This document shows, one piece after another, positions 17,887-27,440 of a DNA stretch of 60,006 bases; within the stretch, counting starts at the first letter, position 1, and each line of letters begins with the position of its first letter. The DNA comes from Ignavibacteriota bacterium (GTDB lineage Bacteria; Bacteroidota; Ignavibacteria; UBA10030; UBA6906): NCBI GenBank assembly GCA_003152875.1, contig PMBF01000076.1, positions 118,598 to 178,603 on the forward strand, written 5' to 3'. The notes under the pieces were generated by a model. The model saw only the letters and a program-made list of their open reading frames with translations, was not told the origin of the DNA and made no database searches. The position numbers were made by a program, and so were the translations under genes.

Positions 17887-20733
17887 ATGGCCCAGCAGGA
17901 ACGTCTCTATCTCCTCGACGGCATGGCGCTGGCATACCGCGCCTACTTCTCATTCATCGCTCGCCCGCTGATCAACAGCAAGGGAATCAACACCAGCGCG
18001 ATCTACGGATTTACCATGGCCCTGATGAAGATCCTGGATGAGGAGCATCCGGACCACATCGCCGTCGTGTTCGACACCCCGCAACCTACGTTCCGCCACA
18101 AGCTGTACGCCCAGTACAAGGCAACACGGCAGAAGATGCCTGAAGATATGGCCTCCCAGCTCGGCAAGCTCAAGGATGTAGTGCGGGCCTTCAAGACTCC
18201 GGTCGTGGAACTCCCCGGCTACGAGGCCGACGACGTGATGGGAACACTCGCCCGCAGGGCCGAACGCGAGGGTGTGCTCACCTATCTGGTCACCGGCGAC
18301 AAGGATTTCATGCAGCTGGTCTCCCCCCTCGTCAAGATCTACCGCCCCGGCAAAACCGGGTCCGATACCGAGATCGTCGACGAGAAGGGCGTGCACGAGA
18401 AGTTCGGCGTTACGCCGGACCGGGTCACGGACGTCCTCGGCCTCATCGGCGACAAGTCTGACAACGTTCCCGGAGTCCCCGGCGTTGGCGACAAGACTGC
18501 CATCCCCCTCATTCAGAAATTCGGGACGATGGAGGCGCTCTATGACCGCGTGGAAGAGGTCCCTCAGAAAGGGGTGCGGGAAAAGCTGAAGACCAACCGT
18601 GATCTGGCCTTCCTCTCGAAGAAACTCGTCACCATCGACACCGCCGCGCCTGTGGCCATCGACTTTCACGAACTGCGCGCCGCCCCGCGCGATGTCGCCC
18701 GGCTGAGGGAGCTGTTTACAGAACTGGAATTCAAGACCCTGCTCACACGCGTCTCGGCTCCTCAGCCGGCGGCCCCTTTGGAGGAGCACCCCGCAATCAG
18801 TCCAGTAGAGGCTTCCACCGCCGGAGGCGAAACACCCGCCGTCCTCGACATCACGACGGACCCCCACTCCTATCACCTCGTCACTTCCCTGGAGGAGCTC
18901 GGGGAACTCTGCGCGCGGCTGCAGTCGTGCGGCCGGTTCGTTGTCGATACCGAAACAACGTCGTCCGACGCAATGCGCGCACACCTCGTCGGGCTCTCCT
19001 TCTCCACCAGCGAGCGCGAAGCGTACTATGTTCCGGTCCGGACTCCCGCGCTGGCATCGCTGTCGGGTGCCCGGGGGCCGGACACTCCGCCGTCCGGAGA
19101 CCCGGAAAGCAGGGTGCCCCTCGGCCATCTTTCGCGCGCCCTGGACTCGGGAGCCGCCCTGTCGCTCCTGAAACCGGTCCTCGAGAATCCGGCGATCAAG
19201 AAGATAGGCCAGAATATAAAGTACGACCACCTGGTCCTGATGCGCCACGGCATTACGATGGCAGGCATCGCCTTTGATACCATGGTGGGCAGCTACATCC
19301 TCCGGGCGGACGGGCTGCACAACCTGGATGCCCTCGCTCTGGGCGCCTTCAACTACCGGATGGTTTCCTTTGAAGACCTCGTCGGCAAAGGGAAAAGCGT
19401 GAAGGCCATTACGGAAATCTCCCTCGAGAGAGTCGGAGAGTATTCCGCCGAAGACGCCGACTTTACCATGCGCCTCTACCTCCACCAGCGCCCCGGCCTG
19501 GAACGGCTCGGCCTCCTGAAGCTGTGCGAGGAAATCGAGTTCCCGCTTATCCCCGTCCTCGCACGGATGGAAGCCCATGGGGTCTCCCTGGACACGGAGC
19601 ACCTGGCGGGCATGTCCAAGGACCTTGAACGCCAGCTGCAAAACCTTGTAGCCGGCATCCACGAACAAGCGGGCTCTCCCTTCAATATCAACTCCACCCA
19701 GCAGCTCGGGGAGGTCCTCTTCAACCGCCTGGGGCTCCCCTCACAGAGAAAGACCAAGACCGGGGTGTCCACGGACGTGAGCGTCCTGGAGGCGCTTCGC
19801 GGCCAGCACCCGATCATCGACCTCCTGCTCGATTACCGCCAGTTGACCAAGCTGAAATCGACGTATATTGACACTCTTCCGCTGCTGATCAATCCCGCCA
19901 CCGGTCGTGTCCATACGTCCTACAATCAGACCGTCGCGGCGACGGGGCGGCTTTCCTCGAGCGACCCGAACCTCCAAAACATCCCGATCCGCACCGAGAT
20001 CGGCCGCTCCATCAGGCGGGCCTTCATCCCCGCAAAGGGGAGGGCGATCATGTCTGCCGATTACTCTCAGATCGAGCTCCGGATCATGGCACACATCTCG
20101 GGCGATGAGGGGCTGATGGAGGCATTCCTGAACAAGGAGGACATTCACGCGACGACGGCCGCCAAGGTCTTCGGAGTCCGGCAGAAAGAAGTGACGAGGG
20201 ATATGAGGCGCAAGGCCAAGGAGGTGAACTTCGGCATCATGTACGGCATCGGGCCGTTCGGGTTGGCTTCCCGTCTGGGGATATCACAGGCGGAGGCGCG
20301 GGAGATTATCGACCGCTACTTTGAGCGCTTCCCGAAAGTCCGCGAGTATATCCAGGCGACCATCCGCGGGGCGCGCGCGGACGGGTACGTCAGCACCCTG
20401 TTCGGCCGCAGGAGGTACTTTGCAGACATTAACAGCCGGAATCATACGATACGGTCCAATGCCGAGCGGGCCGCCATCAACATGCCGATTCAGGGAACTG
20501 CCGCTGATATGATCAAGGCGGCAATGATCCGGATCGATGCAGAGATGGTTGCCAGCAAGCTCGCCAGCCGGATGATACTGCAGGTGCATGATGAGCTCGT
20601 CTTCGAGTACGAGCCTGCGGAAGAGGGACAGCTCAGGGGGCTGGTCAGCGATCGGATGCGCGACGCCCTCCGCCTCAAGGTTCCTGTTGAGGTGGAGGTG
20701 GGGACGGGGAAAAACTGGCTCGAGGCTCACTGA
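17887..20733 (+). CDS. polA: DNA polymerase I
   Basis: 5' nuclease domain (LYLLDGMALAYRAYF), 3'-5' exonuclease motifs (DTETTS, NIKYD, YSAEDAD) and polymerase motifs (DYSQIELR, QVHDELVFE). An alternative ATG lies at 17866. Confidence 0.93.
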   Translation: MAQQERLYLLDGMALAYRAYFSFIARPLINSKGINTSAIYGFTMALMKILDEEHPDHIAVVFDTPQPTFRHKLYAQYKATRQKMPEDMASQLGKLKDVVRAFKTPVVELPGYEADDVMGTLARRAEREGVLTYLVTGDKDFMQLVSPLVKIYRPGKTGSDTEIVDEKGVHEKFGVTPDRVTDVLGLIGDKSDNVPGVPGVGDKTAIPLIQKFGTMEALYDRVEEVPQKGVREKLKTNRDLAFLSKKLVTIDTAAPVAIDFHELRAAPRDVARLRELFTELEFKTLLTRVSAPQPAAPLEEHPAISPVEASTAGGETPAVLDITTDPHSYHLVTSLEELGELCARLQSCGRFVVDTETTSSDAMRAHLVGLSFSTSEREAYYVPVRTPALASLSGARGPDTPPSGDPESRVPLGHLSRALDSGAALSLLKPVLENPAIKKIGQNIKYDHLVLMRHGITMAGIAFDTMVGSYILRADGLHNLDALALGAFNYRMVSFEDLVGKGKSVKAITEISLERVGEYSAEDADFTMRLYLHQRPGLERLGLLKLCEEIEFPLIPVLARMEAHGVSLDTEHLAGMSKDLERQLQNLVAGIHEQAGSPFNINSTQQLGEVLFNRLGLPSQRKTKTGVSTDVSVLEALRGQHPIIDLLLDYRQLTKLKSTYIDTLPLLINPATGRVHTSYNQTVAATGRLSSSDPNLQNIPIRTEIGRSIRRAFIPAKGRAIMSADYSQIELRIMAHISGDEGLMEAFLNKEDIHATTAAKVFGVRQKEVTRDMRRKAKEVNFGIMYGIGPFGLASRLGISQAEAREIIDRYFERFPKVREYIQATIRGARADGYVSTLFGRRRYFADINSRNHTIRSNAERAAINMPIQGTAADMIKAAMIRIDAEMVASKLASRMILQVHDELVFEYEPAEEGQLRGLVSDRMRDALRLKVPVEVEVGTGKNWLEAH

Positions 20734-20750
20734 CGGTCCGGGAACCCGGG

Positions 20751-20768
20751 GCGCCGGGCCCCCGGCGC
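20751..20768. terminator. GC hairpin between convergent polA and a membrane-protein gene
   Basis: GCGCCGG..CCGGCGC palindrome with a short loop in the 38-nt convergent gap. It has no T-tract, so its function as a terminator is uncertain. Confidence 0.3.
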
Positions 20769-20771
20769 AGT

Positions 20772-21287
20772 TCACGGCTTGAAATAGTCCTGTCCCCTGT
20801 TCAGCAGCAGCGCCACCCCGAACAGGATGAGAGCCGCGGGCCACCAGGTATGGACGGAGTCGATGACTTCCCAGCGGCTGAAATACCCCTCTTCCGCAAG
20901 AAGGAGAACCGACCCCAGGCCGATCAGGGTCACCGAGGGGATGATCAAGTGCCAGCGCCTGGGGACCGCGGCAAAGGTCAGGAGGAATCCGACTCCCGCG
21001 AGAATGATGAGCGAGGGGAACACCAGGTAGGACGGGATGTACACCAATTCGTAGTGCTTCAGTACCTCATAGGTCCCCACCGCAGCAACGCCGGTCCCGA
21101 AGAAGACCCCTCTCCCGTGATGCAGGAAACCGTCGACAATTTTGTATAGCCCGAGCAGGGCCACAACGGCCCAGAAGAGGATATGCCAGTTGAAATACAG
21201 CACGTGCACGCGGGCCAGGAGCATGAAGGCGCCGGCCACGATAAGGCCGACGCCGATCAGTGGCCGCTTCGAACCGTGATGGTCCAT
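20772..21287 (-). CDS. membrane protein, LiaF/DUF5668-like (tentative)
   Basis: 171 aa with about 5 TM helices, lying directly downstream of a PspC-domain gene. The family assignment is from memory only. Confidence 0.55.
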   Translation of the reverse strand: MDHHGSKRPLIGVGLIVAGAFMLLARVHVLYFNWHILFWAVVALLGLYKIVDGFLHHGRGVFFGTGVAAVGTYEVLKHYELVYIPSYLVFPSLIILAGVGFLLTFAAVPRRWHLIIPSVTLIGLGSVLLLAEEGYFSRWEVIDSVHTWWPAALILFGVALLLNRGQDYFKP

Positions 21288-21300
21288 GGGAATGTTCCTC

Positions 21301-22038
21301 TCAGGCAGTCTGAGCCTCAGGTGCGCGGGCCGGCTCGTTCGGGACGATGATGGCCATCGCGATGTACAGAAGGATCATGAATCCGCAGGAGGCGAGAGCG
21401 CCGACCACGAAGAGTATCCTGATGATGGTCGGATCCACGTTGAGATAGGTGGCAATGCCCCCGCAGACCCCAAACAGCTTTCGTTCGCTTCGTGATTTGT
21501 AGAGCCGGGCGGGCGTCCACACGGAAGCCGCGGCCTGTCCCGGCTGTGCACCCGCATCCCCCGGCGAAGGTACCGGCCGGGAGGCCTCGGCTGACGATCC
21601 CGCGCCCGTCGCCGCCGGTTCGGGCTCCTTCAACATGCCTGAGCGGCCGCCGAAGAGAAACGCCACCCCTGCCATGATCAGGATCACCGGGAGCATATAG
21701 TCCCAGGAGAATCCCCACCAGTGGAGATAATACGGGATATCGAGGTTTCGCAGCAGCCAGAGAATCCCAATCACAACCAGCAGAATGCCCCAGAATTTCG
21801 CGTTTGCGCCGGTGGAGCGTGCCTGGGCAGCGGCATTCGCCGGAACAGGCTCGGGGTTCACCGGCATCACGAACATGGCAACGAGATAGAGCAGTATCCC
21901 GGACCCGCCGAGCAGTGTCAACAAGACCCATGCGATCCGGACAAGGGTGACGTCGAGCTTGAAGAACTCTGCCAGTCCTCCACAGACGCCGTCAATCATC
22001 CGCTCGGTTCTTGACTTGTACAGCCGGTTCGGTCTCAT
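21301..22038 (-). CDS. PspC-domain membrane protein with two PspC repeats
   Basis: N-terminal RLYKSRTERMIDGVCGGLAEFF... and C-terminal RLYKSRSERKLFGVCGGIATYL... are both PspC-type sequences. They are separated by TM helices and a Pro/Ala-rich linker. Confidence 0.8.
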   Translation of the reverse strand: MRPNRLYKSRTERMIDGVCGGLAEFFKLDVTLVRIAWVLLTLLGGSGILLYLVAMFVMPVNPEPVPANAAAQARSTGANAKFWGILLVVIGILWLLRNLDIPYYLHWWGFSWDYMLPVILIMAGVAFLFGGRSGMLKEPEPAATGAGSSAEASRPVPSPGDAGAQPGQAAASVWTPARLYKSRSERKLFGVCGGIATYLNVDPTIIRILFVVGALASCGFMILLYIAMAIIVPNEPARAPEAQTA

Positions 22039-22252
22039 AGAAACCTCCTTGAGGGAAGGGGAGCTTCCACCCCCATCTGTTCATACGAGGCACATTCGGC
22101 TATGTTGCGGCCAAAGCGCGCATGGTGCCCATGGCTGGCAGACCCCGGGGCCCGGAGTCGTCGTCCTGGCGCCAAGCGAAGAGAGCGCCGGGAGAAAAAC
22201 GAAAAGCCATCCCGTGGTGGGACGGCTTTCGATCCGGTGCATTCCGGCCCTC

Positions 22253-22810
22253 CTACACCTCCATGATCTCCTTCTCCTTCTGTGCGAGCAGGGCGTCGAT
22301 GTCCTTGGTGCACCTGTCCGTCATTTTCTGGAGTTCCGATTCCCCACGCTTCCGTTCATCCTCCGGGAAGTGTTCGGCCTTTTCGGATTTTCGGAGGTGT
22401 TCGATGGTGTCACGGCGTATGTTCCTGACGGCGATCTTGCCGTCTTCGCCGAATTTCTTGGTCTGCTTCACGAGCTCTCTGCGCCGTTCCTCATTGAGGG
22501 TGGGTATCGGAACGCGCACGATCTGCCCGTCCTTGATGGGGTTCAACCCGAGGTTTGCCGTGAGGATGGCTTTCTGAATCGCGTCGAGCACCCCCTTGTC
22601 GTACGGCGTGACGGTCAGAGTATGCACGTCGGAGACCCCGACATTTCCCATCTGTTTGAGAGGAGTCGGCGTGCCGAAATAGTCAACCTTGATGCCGTCG
22701 AGCAGCGCCGTCGTCGCTTTGCCGGCACGGATGCCGGCGAGTTCCTGCCGGACCACTTCCTGAGCCTTTCGCATCCTCTCTTCGGCTTCCTTCAGGATAT
22801 CCTTAACCAT
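22253..22810 (-). CDS. frr: ribosome recycling factor
   Basis: 185 aa with a typical RRF sequence (LDGIKVDYFGTPTPLKQ..., IAVRNIRRD). Confidence 0.95.
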   Translation of the reverse strand: MVKDILKEAEERMRKAQEVVRQELAGIRAGKATTALLDGIKVDYFGTPTPLKQMGNVGVSDVHTLTVTPYDKGVLDAIQKAILTANLGLNPIKDGQIVRVPIPTLNEERRRELVKQTKKFGEDGKIAVRNIRRDTIEHLRKSEKAEHFPEDERKRGESELQKMTDRCTKDIDALLAQKEKEIMEV

Positions 22811-22820
22811 GCTGCCTCCG

Positions 22821-23564
22821 CTAGCTGTTCTGGATGAGGGGAGAAGCCACCTCCATCACCTTTGTTCCCACCTGCTCTCCAAGGACGATGCGTTGCAGGT
22901 TTCCCGGAGTGTTCATATTGAACACAAGAATCGGAAGCTTGTTCTCTTTGCAAAGAGTGATCGCAGTCATGTCCATCACCTTCAGGTCCTTTTCCAGGAC
23001 TTCAAGATAGGTGAGTTGGTCGTACTTGAACGCCCGGGGATTGCGTTCGGGGTCGGAGTCGTACACCCCGTCGACCCGCGTTCCTTTCATGATCACGTCC
23101 GCCTCGATCTCCACTGCCCTGAGGACGGCGGCGGTGTCGGTGGTGAAATACGGATTCCCCGTGCCGGCGCCGAAGATCACGACGCGGTCCTTCTCCAGGT
23201 GCCTGATCGCGCGCCTCCGGATGAACGGTTCGGCGACCACGTCGACGCGGATTGCCGACATCAGGCGGGTCACCATGCCCTCATGCTCGAGCGCGCTCTG
23301 GAGTGCGAGCGCATTGATCAGGGTGGCGAGCATCCCCATCTGGTCGCCCGTCACCTTGTCGATCCCCGACGAGGAATTCTCCACACCGCGGAAGATGTTG
23401 CCGCCCCCGATGACGATACCGATCTGCACGCCCATGTCTTTCGCTGCCTTCACCTCGCCGGCGTACTTCTTCAGGACCTGGGGGTCGATGCCGAACTGCT
23501 TTTCGCCCATCAGGGCCTCGCCGCTCAACTTGAGGAGGATCCGGCTGAAGACAGGTTTCTTCAT
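22821..23564 (-). CDS. pyrH: UMP kinase
   Basis: 247 aa with [23 protein letters not shown] and [12 protein letters not shown]. Confidence 0.95.
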   Translation of the reverse strand: MKKPVFSRILLKLSGEALMGEKQFGIDPQVLKKYAGEVKAAKDMGVQIGIVIGGGNIFRGVENSSSGIDKVTGDQMGMLATLINALALQSALEHEGMVTRLMSAIRVDVVAEPFIRRRAIRHLEKDRVVIFGAGTGNPYFTTDTAAVLRAVEIEADVIMKGTRVDGVYDSDPERNPRAFKYDQLTYLEVLEKDLKVMDMTAITLCKENKLPILVFNMNTPGNLQRIVLGEQVGTKVMEVASPLIQNS

Positions 23565-23567
23565 GGC

Positions 23568-24416
23568 TTACGCGTTTTCCTCACCGAGTTGATACCTGAC
23601 GAACTGCTTCACGCCGGCCCCGGCCTCCTGGAGCACGTCCTTGATGGTCTTCGAAGAATCCTTGATGAAGAGCTGTTCCAGGAGCACGACTTCCTGATAA
23701 AATTTCTCCAGGCGCCCGGCGGCAATCTTGTCGAGGATCTTGTCGGCCTTCCCCTCGTTCTTGGCCTGGGTCCGGTAGATATCCAGCTCCCGTTCCACTG
23801 TGCTCTGGCCGATATCGTCCCGGCTGACCACCATCGGGTTCATGGCTGCAATCTGCATAGCCATGTCGCGGCCGAGACCCGAAACGGCCTGCGCCAGGGT
23901 CATCCCTTTCACCTCGACCAGGACCCCGATCTTGCTTCCCATGTGGGTATAGGAGCTCAGGAGGCTCTGGCTGGCCTCGATGAGGCGGAAGCGCCTCACC
24001 TCGATCTTCTCGCCGACCTTGGCAAGCAGGTCGTTCTGGAGGGACTTCAGGGCCTTGCCGCCGGGGGCGGTGAGGCCCATCAGGGCTTCCAGGCTGGCGG
24101 GTTTCTGGTCCTCAATGGTTGCCGCAACGGCCCGGGCAAAGCCGGTGAAGTCCTCGCTGAGACCAACGAAATCGGTCTCGCAGTTCACTTCAACGACAGC
24201 GCCGGTCGTGCCGTCGGGGCTGACGCGGGTAACGATCATCCCTTCCTTCGCTGTCCGGTCTGCCCGCTTGGCCGCTACTGCGGCCCCTTTCTTGCGGAGG
24301 TACTCCACGGCGGCTTCCATGTCTCCGCCGGATTCCGTCAGTGCCTTTTTGCAGTCCATCATGCCCGCTCCGGTGTTGTCCCGGAGCTTCTTGATCATGT
24401 CAGTGGTGATAGCCAT
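23568..24416 (-). CDS. tsf: translation elongation factor Ts
   Basis: 282 aa. The N-terminal UBA-like stretch IKKLRDNTGAGMMDCKKAL is diagnostic. Confidence 0.95.
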   Translation of the reverse strand: MAITTDMIKKLRDNTGAGMMDCKKALTESGGDMEAAVEYLRKKGAAVAAKRADRTAKEGMIVTRVSPDGTTGAVVEVNCETDFVGLSEDFTGFARAVAATIEDQKPASLEALMGLTAPGGKALKSLQNDLLAKVGEKIEVRRFRLIEASQSLLSSYTHMGSKIGVLVEVKGMTLAQAVSGLGRDMAMQIAAMNPMVVSRDDIGQSTVERELDIYRTQAKNEGKADKILDKIAAGRLEKFYQEVVLLEQLFIKDSSKTIKDVLQEAGAGVKQFVRYQLGEENA

Positions 24417-24491
24417 ATGGTCTACGCGATAGGGTTCTATGTGAGAGAGAGATCTTCGAATGACGGCCGGCGCCGGAAGCGTGGAGCGGAC

Positions 24492-25247
24492 TCACCTCGC
24501 CTCGACCGATGTGTCCTTGCCTCTGTTCTCGGCCTCAGCGGCCATTTCGGCCTGACGGGCCGCCGCTCGCTCGCGCCCCTCAAGGACGGCGTCGGCGAAC
24601 GCCTTGCTGATCACCTGCACCGACTTGATCGCGTCATCGTTAGCGGGGATAAGATAATTGATCGGCTCGGGGTCGCAGTTGGTGTCGACTATCGCGAACA
24701 CCGGCACACCAAGCCGCTTCGCTTCCTTCACGGCGATCGCCTCTTTCTTCACATCGATGACGAACAGGGCCCCGGGAAGCCGGGTCATCTCTACCACTCC
24801 CGACAGGACGTTGTTGAGCTTGTCCTTTTCCCGCTGCAGGGTCAGGATTTCCTTCTTGGTGATCTTCTCGAACGTACCGTCGTTTTCCATCTTCTCGATG
24901 TTGGTCAGCCGTTTGACGCTCTTGCGGATGGTCGTGAAGTTGGTCAGACAGCCGCCGAGCCAGCGTTCGCTGACGTAAAACTGTCCGGCACGCACGGCTT
25001 CTTCGCGGATGATGTCCTTCGCCTGCTTCTTGGTGCCGACGAAGAGCACCCTCTTTCCCTCCGCGACGATGCCGGCGATGGCGTTGCACGCCTCGTCGAG
25101 CAGCATGGACGTCTTCATGAGATCGATGATGTGGATCCCGTTGCGCTCCATGAAAATGTAGGGGCGCATCTTGGGGTTCCAGCGGCGGGTGAGGTGGCCG
25201 AAATGACAACCGGCGGCGAGAAGTTCGGAGACTTCAACGCGGGGCAT
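24492..25247 (-). CDS. rpsB: 30S ribosomal protein S2
   Basis: 251 aa with LLAAGCHFGHLTRRWNPKM and ERWLGGCLTNF. Confidence 0.95.
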   Translation of the reverse strand: MPRVEVSELLAAGCHFGHLTRRWNPKMRPYIFMERNGIHIIDLMKTSMLLDEACNAIAGIVAEGKRVLFVGTKKQAKDIIREEAVRAGQFYVSERWLGGCLTNFTTIRKSVKRLTNIEKMENDGTFEKITKKEILTLQREKDKLNNVLSGVVEMTRLPGALFVIDVKKEAIAVKEAKRLGVPVFAIVDTNCDPEPINYLIPANDDAIKSVQVISKAFADAVLEGRERAAARQAEMAAEAENRGKDTSVEAR

Positions 25248-25421
25248 AGGTGATCCTTTCTATGAGTTTGACTTCTACTTCCTTCTTCTCACGACGCCAT
25301 CCCGCGCGGGCGGAACACTCACGCCGTGATCCGGAAGTATGAGTGGTGGCGGTCACGCGCAAGGCAATGCCGGGGCCACCGGCCGCCGGCATCACGTTCC
25401 ACGGACCTGTACAGAAACCTG

Positions 25422-25814
25422 TTACCGCTTGGAGAACTGGAATCTCTTGCGGGCCTTGCGCTGGCCGTATTTCTTGCGCTCGACCATGCGCGGATCGCGC
25501 GTCACGAGGCCCGCAGCCCGCAGCGGGGCACGGTGCTCCTCCGTGACCGCAATGAGCGCGCGGGCAATACTGAGGCTCGTCGCGCCGGCCTGTCCCGTAG
25601 GCCCGCCCCCTTCAACATTGACATGGACGTCGTACTTGCCCGTCGTCTGAGTCACCTCGAACGGCTTCAAAACGTCCTGCCGGAGGGTTGCAATCGGGAA
25701 GTACTGCTCAAGCGGACGCTTGTTGATGGTGACCGTGCCGTTTCCCGGAATCAGGATCACCCTGGCTACAGCCGTCTTTCTGCGCCCAACCGTAACGGTA
25801 TTGTGTGCTGGCAT
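25422..25814 (-). CDS. rpsI: 30S ribosomal protein S9
   Basis: 130 aa with [10 protein letters not shown] and C-terminal [18 protein letters not shown]. Confidence 0.95.
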   Translation of the reverse strand: MPAHNTVTVGRRKTAVARVILIPGNGTVTINKRPLEQYFPIATLRQDVLKPFEVTQTTGKYDVHVNVEGGGPTGQAGATSLSIARALIAVTEEHRAPLRAAGLVTRDPRMVERKKYGQRKARKRFQFSKR

Positions 25815-25823
25815 GCCTCGCTC

Positions 25824-26279
25824 TTACTCCTGCTGCGATGTTGAGAGTAGCCTGTAGGGCTGAGGGACCTGGGCGGCATGCGGATGTTCCGCACCGCCGT
25901 ACACCTTCAGCTTCTTGATGATCTGGCGGCCCAGCCGGTTGTGCGGGAGCATCCCCTTCACCGCATGTTCGATGATGCGCTGTGGCTGCTTCTTCACGAT
26001 ATCCTGGAATTTCTCGAACGTCGCGCCGCCCGGATATCCCGTATAGTGGAAATACTCCTTCAGCTCCGGACGCTTGCCTGTCATCTTGATCTTGGATGCG
26101 TTCACCACCACGACAAAATCGCCGAGGTCCGCATTGGGGGTGAACATGGGTTTGTGCTTCCCACGGAGCAGGTGTGCAACCTCGCTCGCGAGACGGCCAA
26201 GAGTCTGCCCTTCGGCATTCACCACATGCCACTTCCGCTCGGTGTCCTTCACTGTAAAAAAATGTGTTGCCTTGTCCAC
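25824..26279 (-). CDS. rplM: 50S ribosomal protein L13
   Basis: 151 aa with a GTG start, WHVVNAEGQTLGRLAS and YTGYPGG. Confidence 0.95.
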   Translation of the reverse strand: MDKATHFFTVKDTERKWHVVNAEGQTLGRLASEVAHLLRGKHKPMFTPNADLGDFVVVVNASKIKMTGKRPELKEYFHYTGYPGGATFEKFQDIVKKQPQRIIEHAVKGMLPHNRLGRQIIKKLKVYGGAEHPHAAQVPQPYRLLSTSQQE

Positions 26280-26327
26280 AGATTGCTCCCCTGTTAGGGT
26301 TGGTGCTCCAGGAATGAAAAGCCAATG

Positions 26328-26356
26328 AATTTAGCGAATTCCAGGGAAAGAGTCAA
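26328..26356 (-). promoter_or_regulatory. candidate sigma70-type promoter of rplM-rpsI
   Basis: On the minus strand: TTGACT (26356-26351), 17-nt spacer, TAAATT (26333-26328). It lies about 50 nt upstream of the rplM GTG. Confidence 0.4.
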
Positions 26357-26533
26357 TGGAAGCACGCCATCTCCTCCGGGAAATTCTCTTTTGAATGCCA
26401 CTGCGGCCCCTGTCCGGGCCCCTGGGATGCAGCCGCGGAGTTTTCGACAGTCCCGGATGAGAAAGGAATTGACGTGCAGCAAGGGGAAAAGGGCCGGGGG
26501 ACCGCTCCAAACTCCCGAGGGACCTGCCGCTGA

Positions 26534-27418
26534 TTAACCGGGAATCTGCTCCCCTGCATGATAGGAGCTTCGCACGAGCGGACCCGACTGAACAATCCTG
26601 AAGCCCATGGCAAGCCCGCGCTCACGGTAATCCGCAAACTCGTCGGGATGGACATACCGGTCCACCGGCAGGTGGTCCCTCGTCGGCTGGAGATACTGTC
26701 CGAGCGTGAGGATATCGCATCCCGCTCCCCGCAGGTCGTTCATCACCTCCAGTACTTCTCCGGAATGCTCCCCCAGCCCGAGCATCAAGCCGCTCTTCGT
26801 CGCCATTTCCTTTCGCTTCGCGCGTGCGATGAGTTCCAGCGTCCGCGGATATCTTGCCTGCGGACGGACGGCAGGATACAGCCTCGGTACGGTCTCGGTA
26901 TTGTGGTTCAGGATATCGGGCTTCGCCTCGACCACCACGTCCAGGGCCCACTCCACGCCGCGGAAATCGGGGATCAGCACCTCCACAGTCACCGACGGGT
27001 TCACGCGCCGGACCTGGCGGATGGTCTCTGCGAAGACTCCCGCTCCTCCGTCGGGGAGCTCATCCCGGTTGACGGACGTGATCACGGCATGCCGGATCCC
27101 CATGCTGCGCACGGCATCGGCAACGCGGAAAGGCTCCTCGAGGTCAAGACCTTCCGGGCGCCCGGTCTTTACGGCGCAGAAGCCGCACGATCGGGTGCAG
27201 ATATCCCCCAGGATCATGAATGTGGCGGTCCCGGCGTTCCAGCACTCGCTCATGTTCGGACACCGCGCTTCTTCACAGACCGTATGAAGGTGCTTGTGTT
27301 CCATCAAACCCCGGAGCTTCGAGAAATTCTCCCCCAGCGGCACCTTCACCTTCAGCCACGCGGGGCGCGGTGCATGCGACTGCTCCTCCACGGGAGTCTC
27401 CTGAATCACGAATTCCAT
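26534..27418 (-). CDS. lipA: lipoyl synthase
   Basis: 294 aa with the auxiliary cluster motif [12 protein letters not shown] and the radical-SAM motif CTRSCGFC. Confidence 0.93.
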   Translation of the reverse strand: MEFVIQETPVEEQSHAPRPAWLKVKVPLGENFSKLRGLMEHKHLHTVCEEARCPNMSECWNAGTATFMILGDICTRSCGFCAVKTGRPEGLDLEEPFRVADAVRSMGIRHAVITSVNRDELPDGGAGVFAETIRQVRRVNPSVTVEVLIPDFRGVEWALDVVVEAKPDILNHNTETVPRLYPAVRPQARYPRTLELIARAKRKEMATKSGLMLGLGEHSGEVLEVMNDLRGAGCDILTLGQYLQPTRDHLPVDRYVHPDEFADYRERGLAMGFRIVQSGPLVRSSYHAGEQIPG

Positions 27419-27440
27419 ACGTCCTCACTCTGTTCGAAGC

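Noticed and set aside
22809-25253. Very long ORFs antisense to well-supported genes. Examples: the 814-aa plus-strand ORF opposite frr-pyrH-tsf-rpsB, 5135-7207 opposite nuoL, 2657-4501 opposite nuoM, 17950-19668 opposite polA, 16450-17826 opposite the MFS gene, and 36551-37489 opposite tyrS.
   Set aside because: Their translations are low-complexity Arg/Gly/Pro/His/Asp-rich strings with no motifs. They fully overlap genes that do have clear family signatures. Long stop-free antisense frames are expected in GC-rich DNA with strong GC3 bias.
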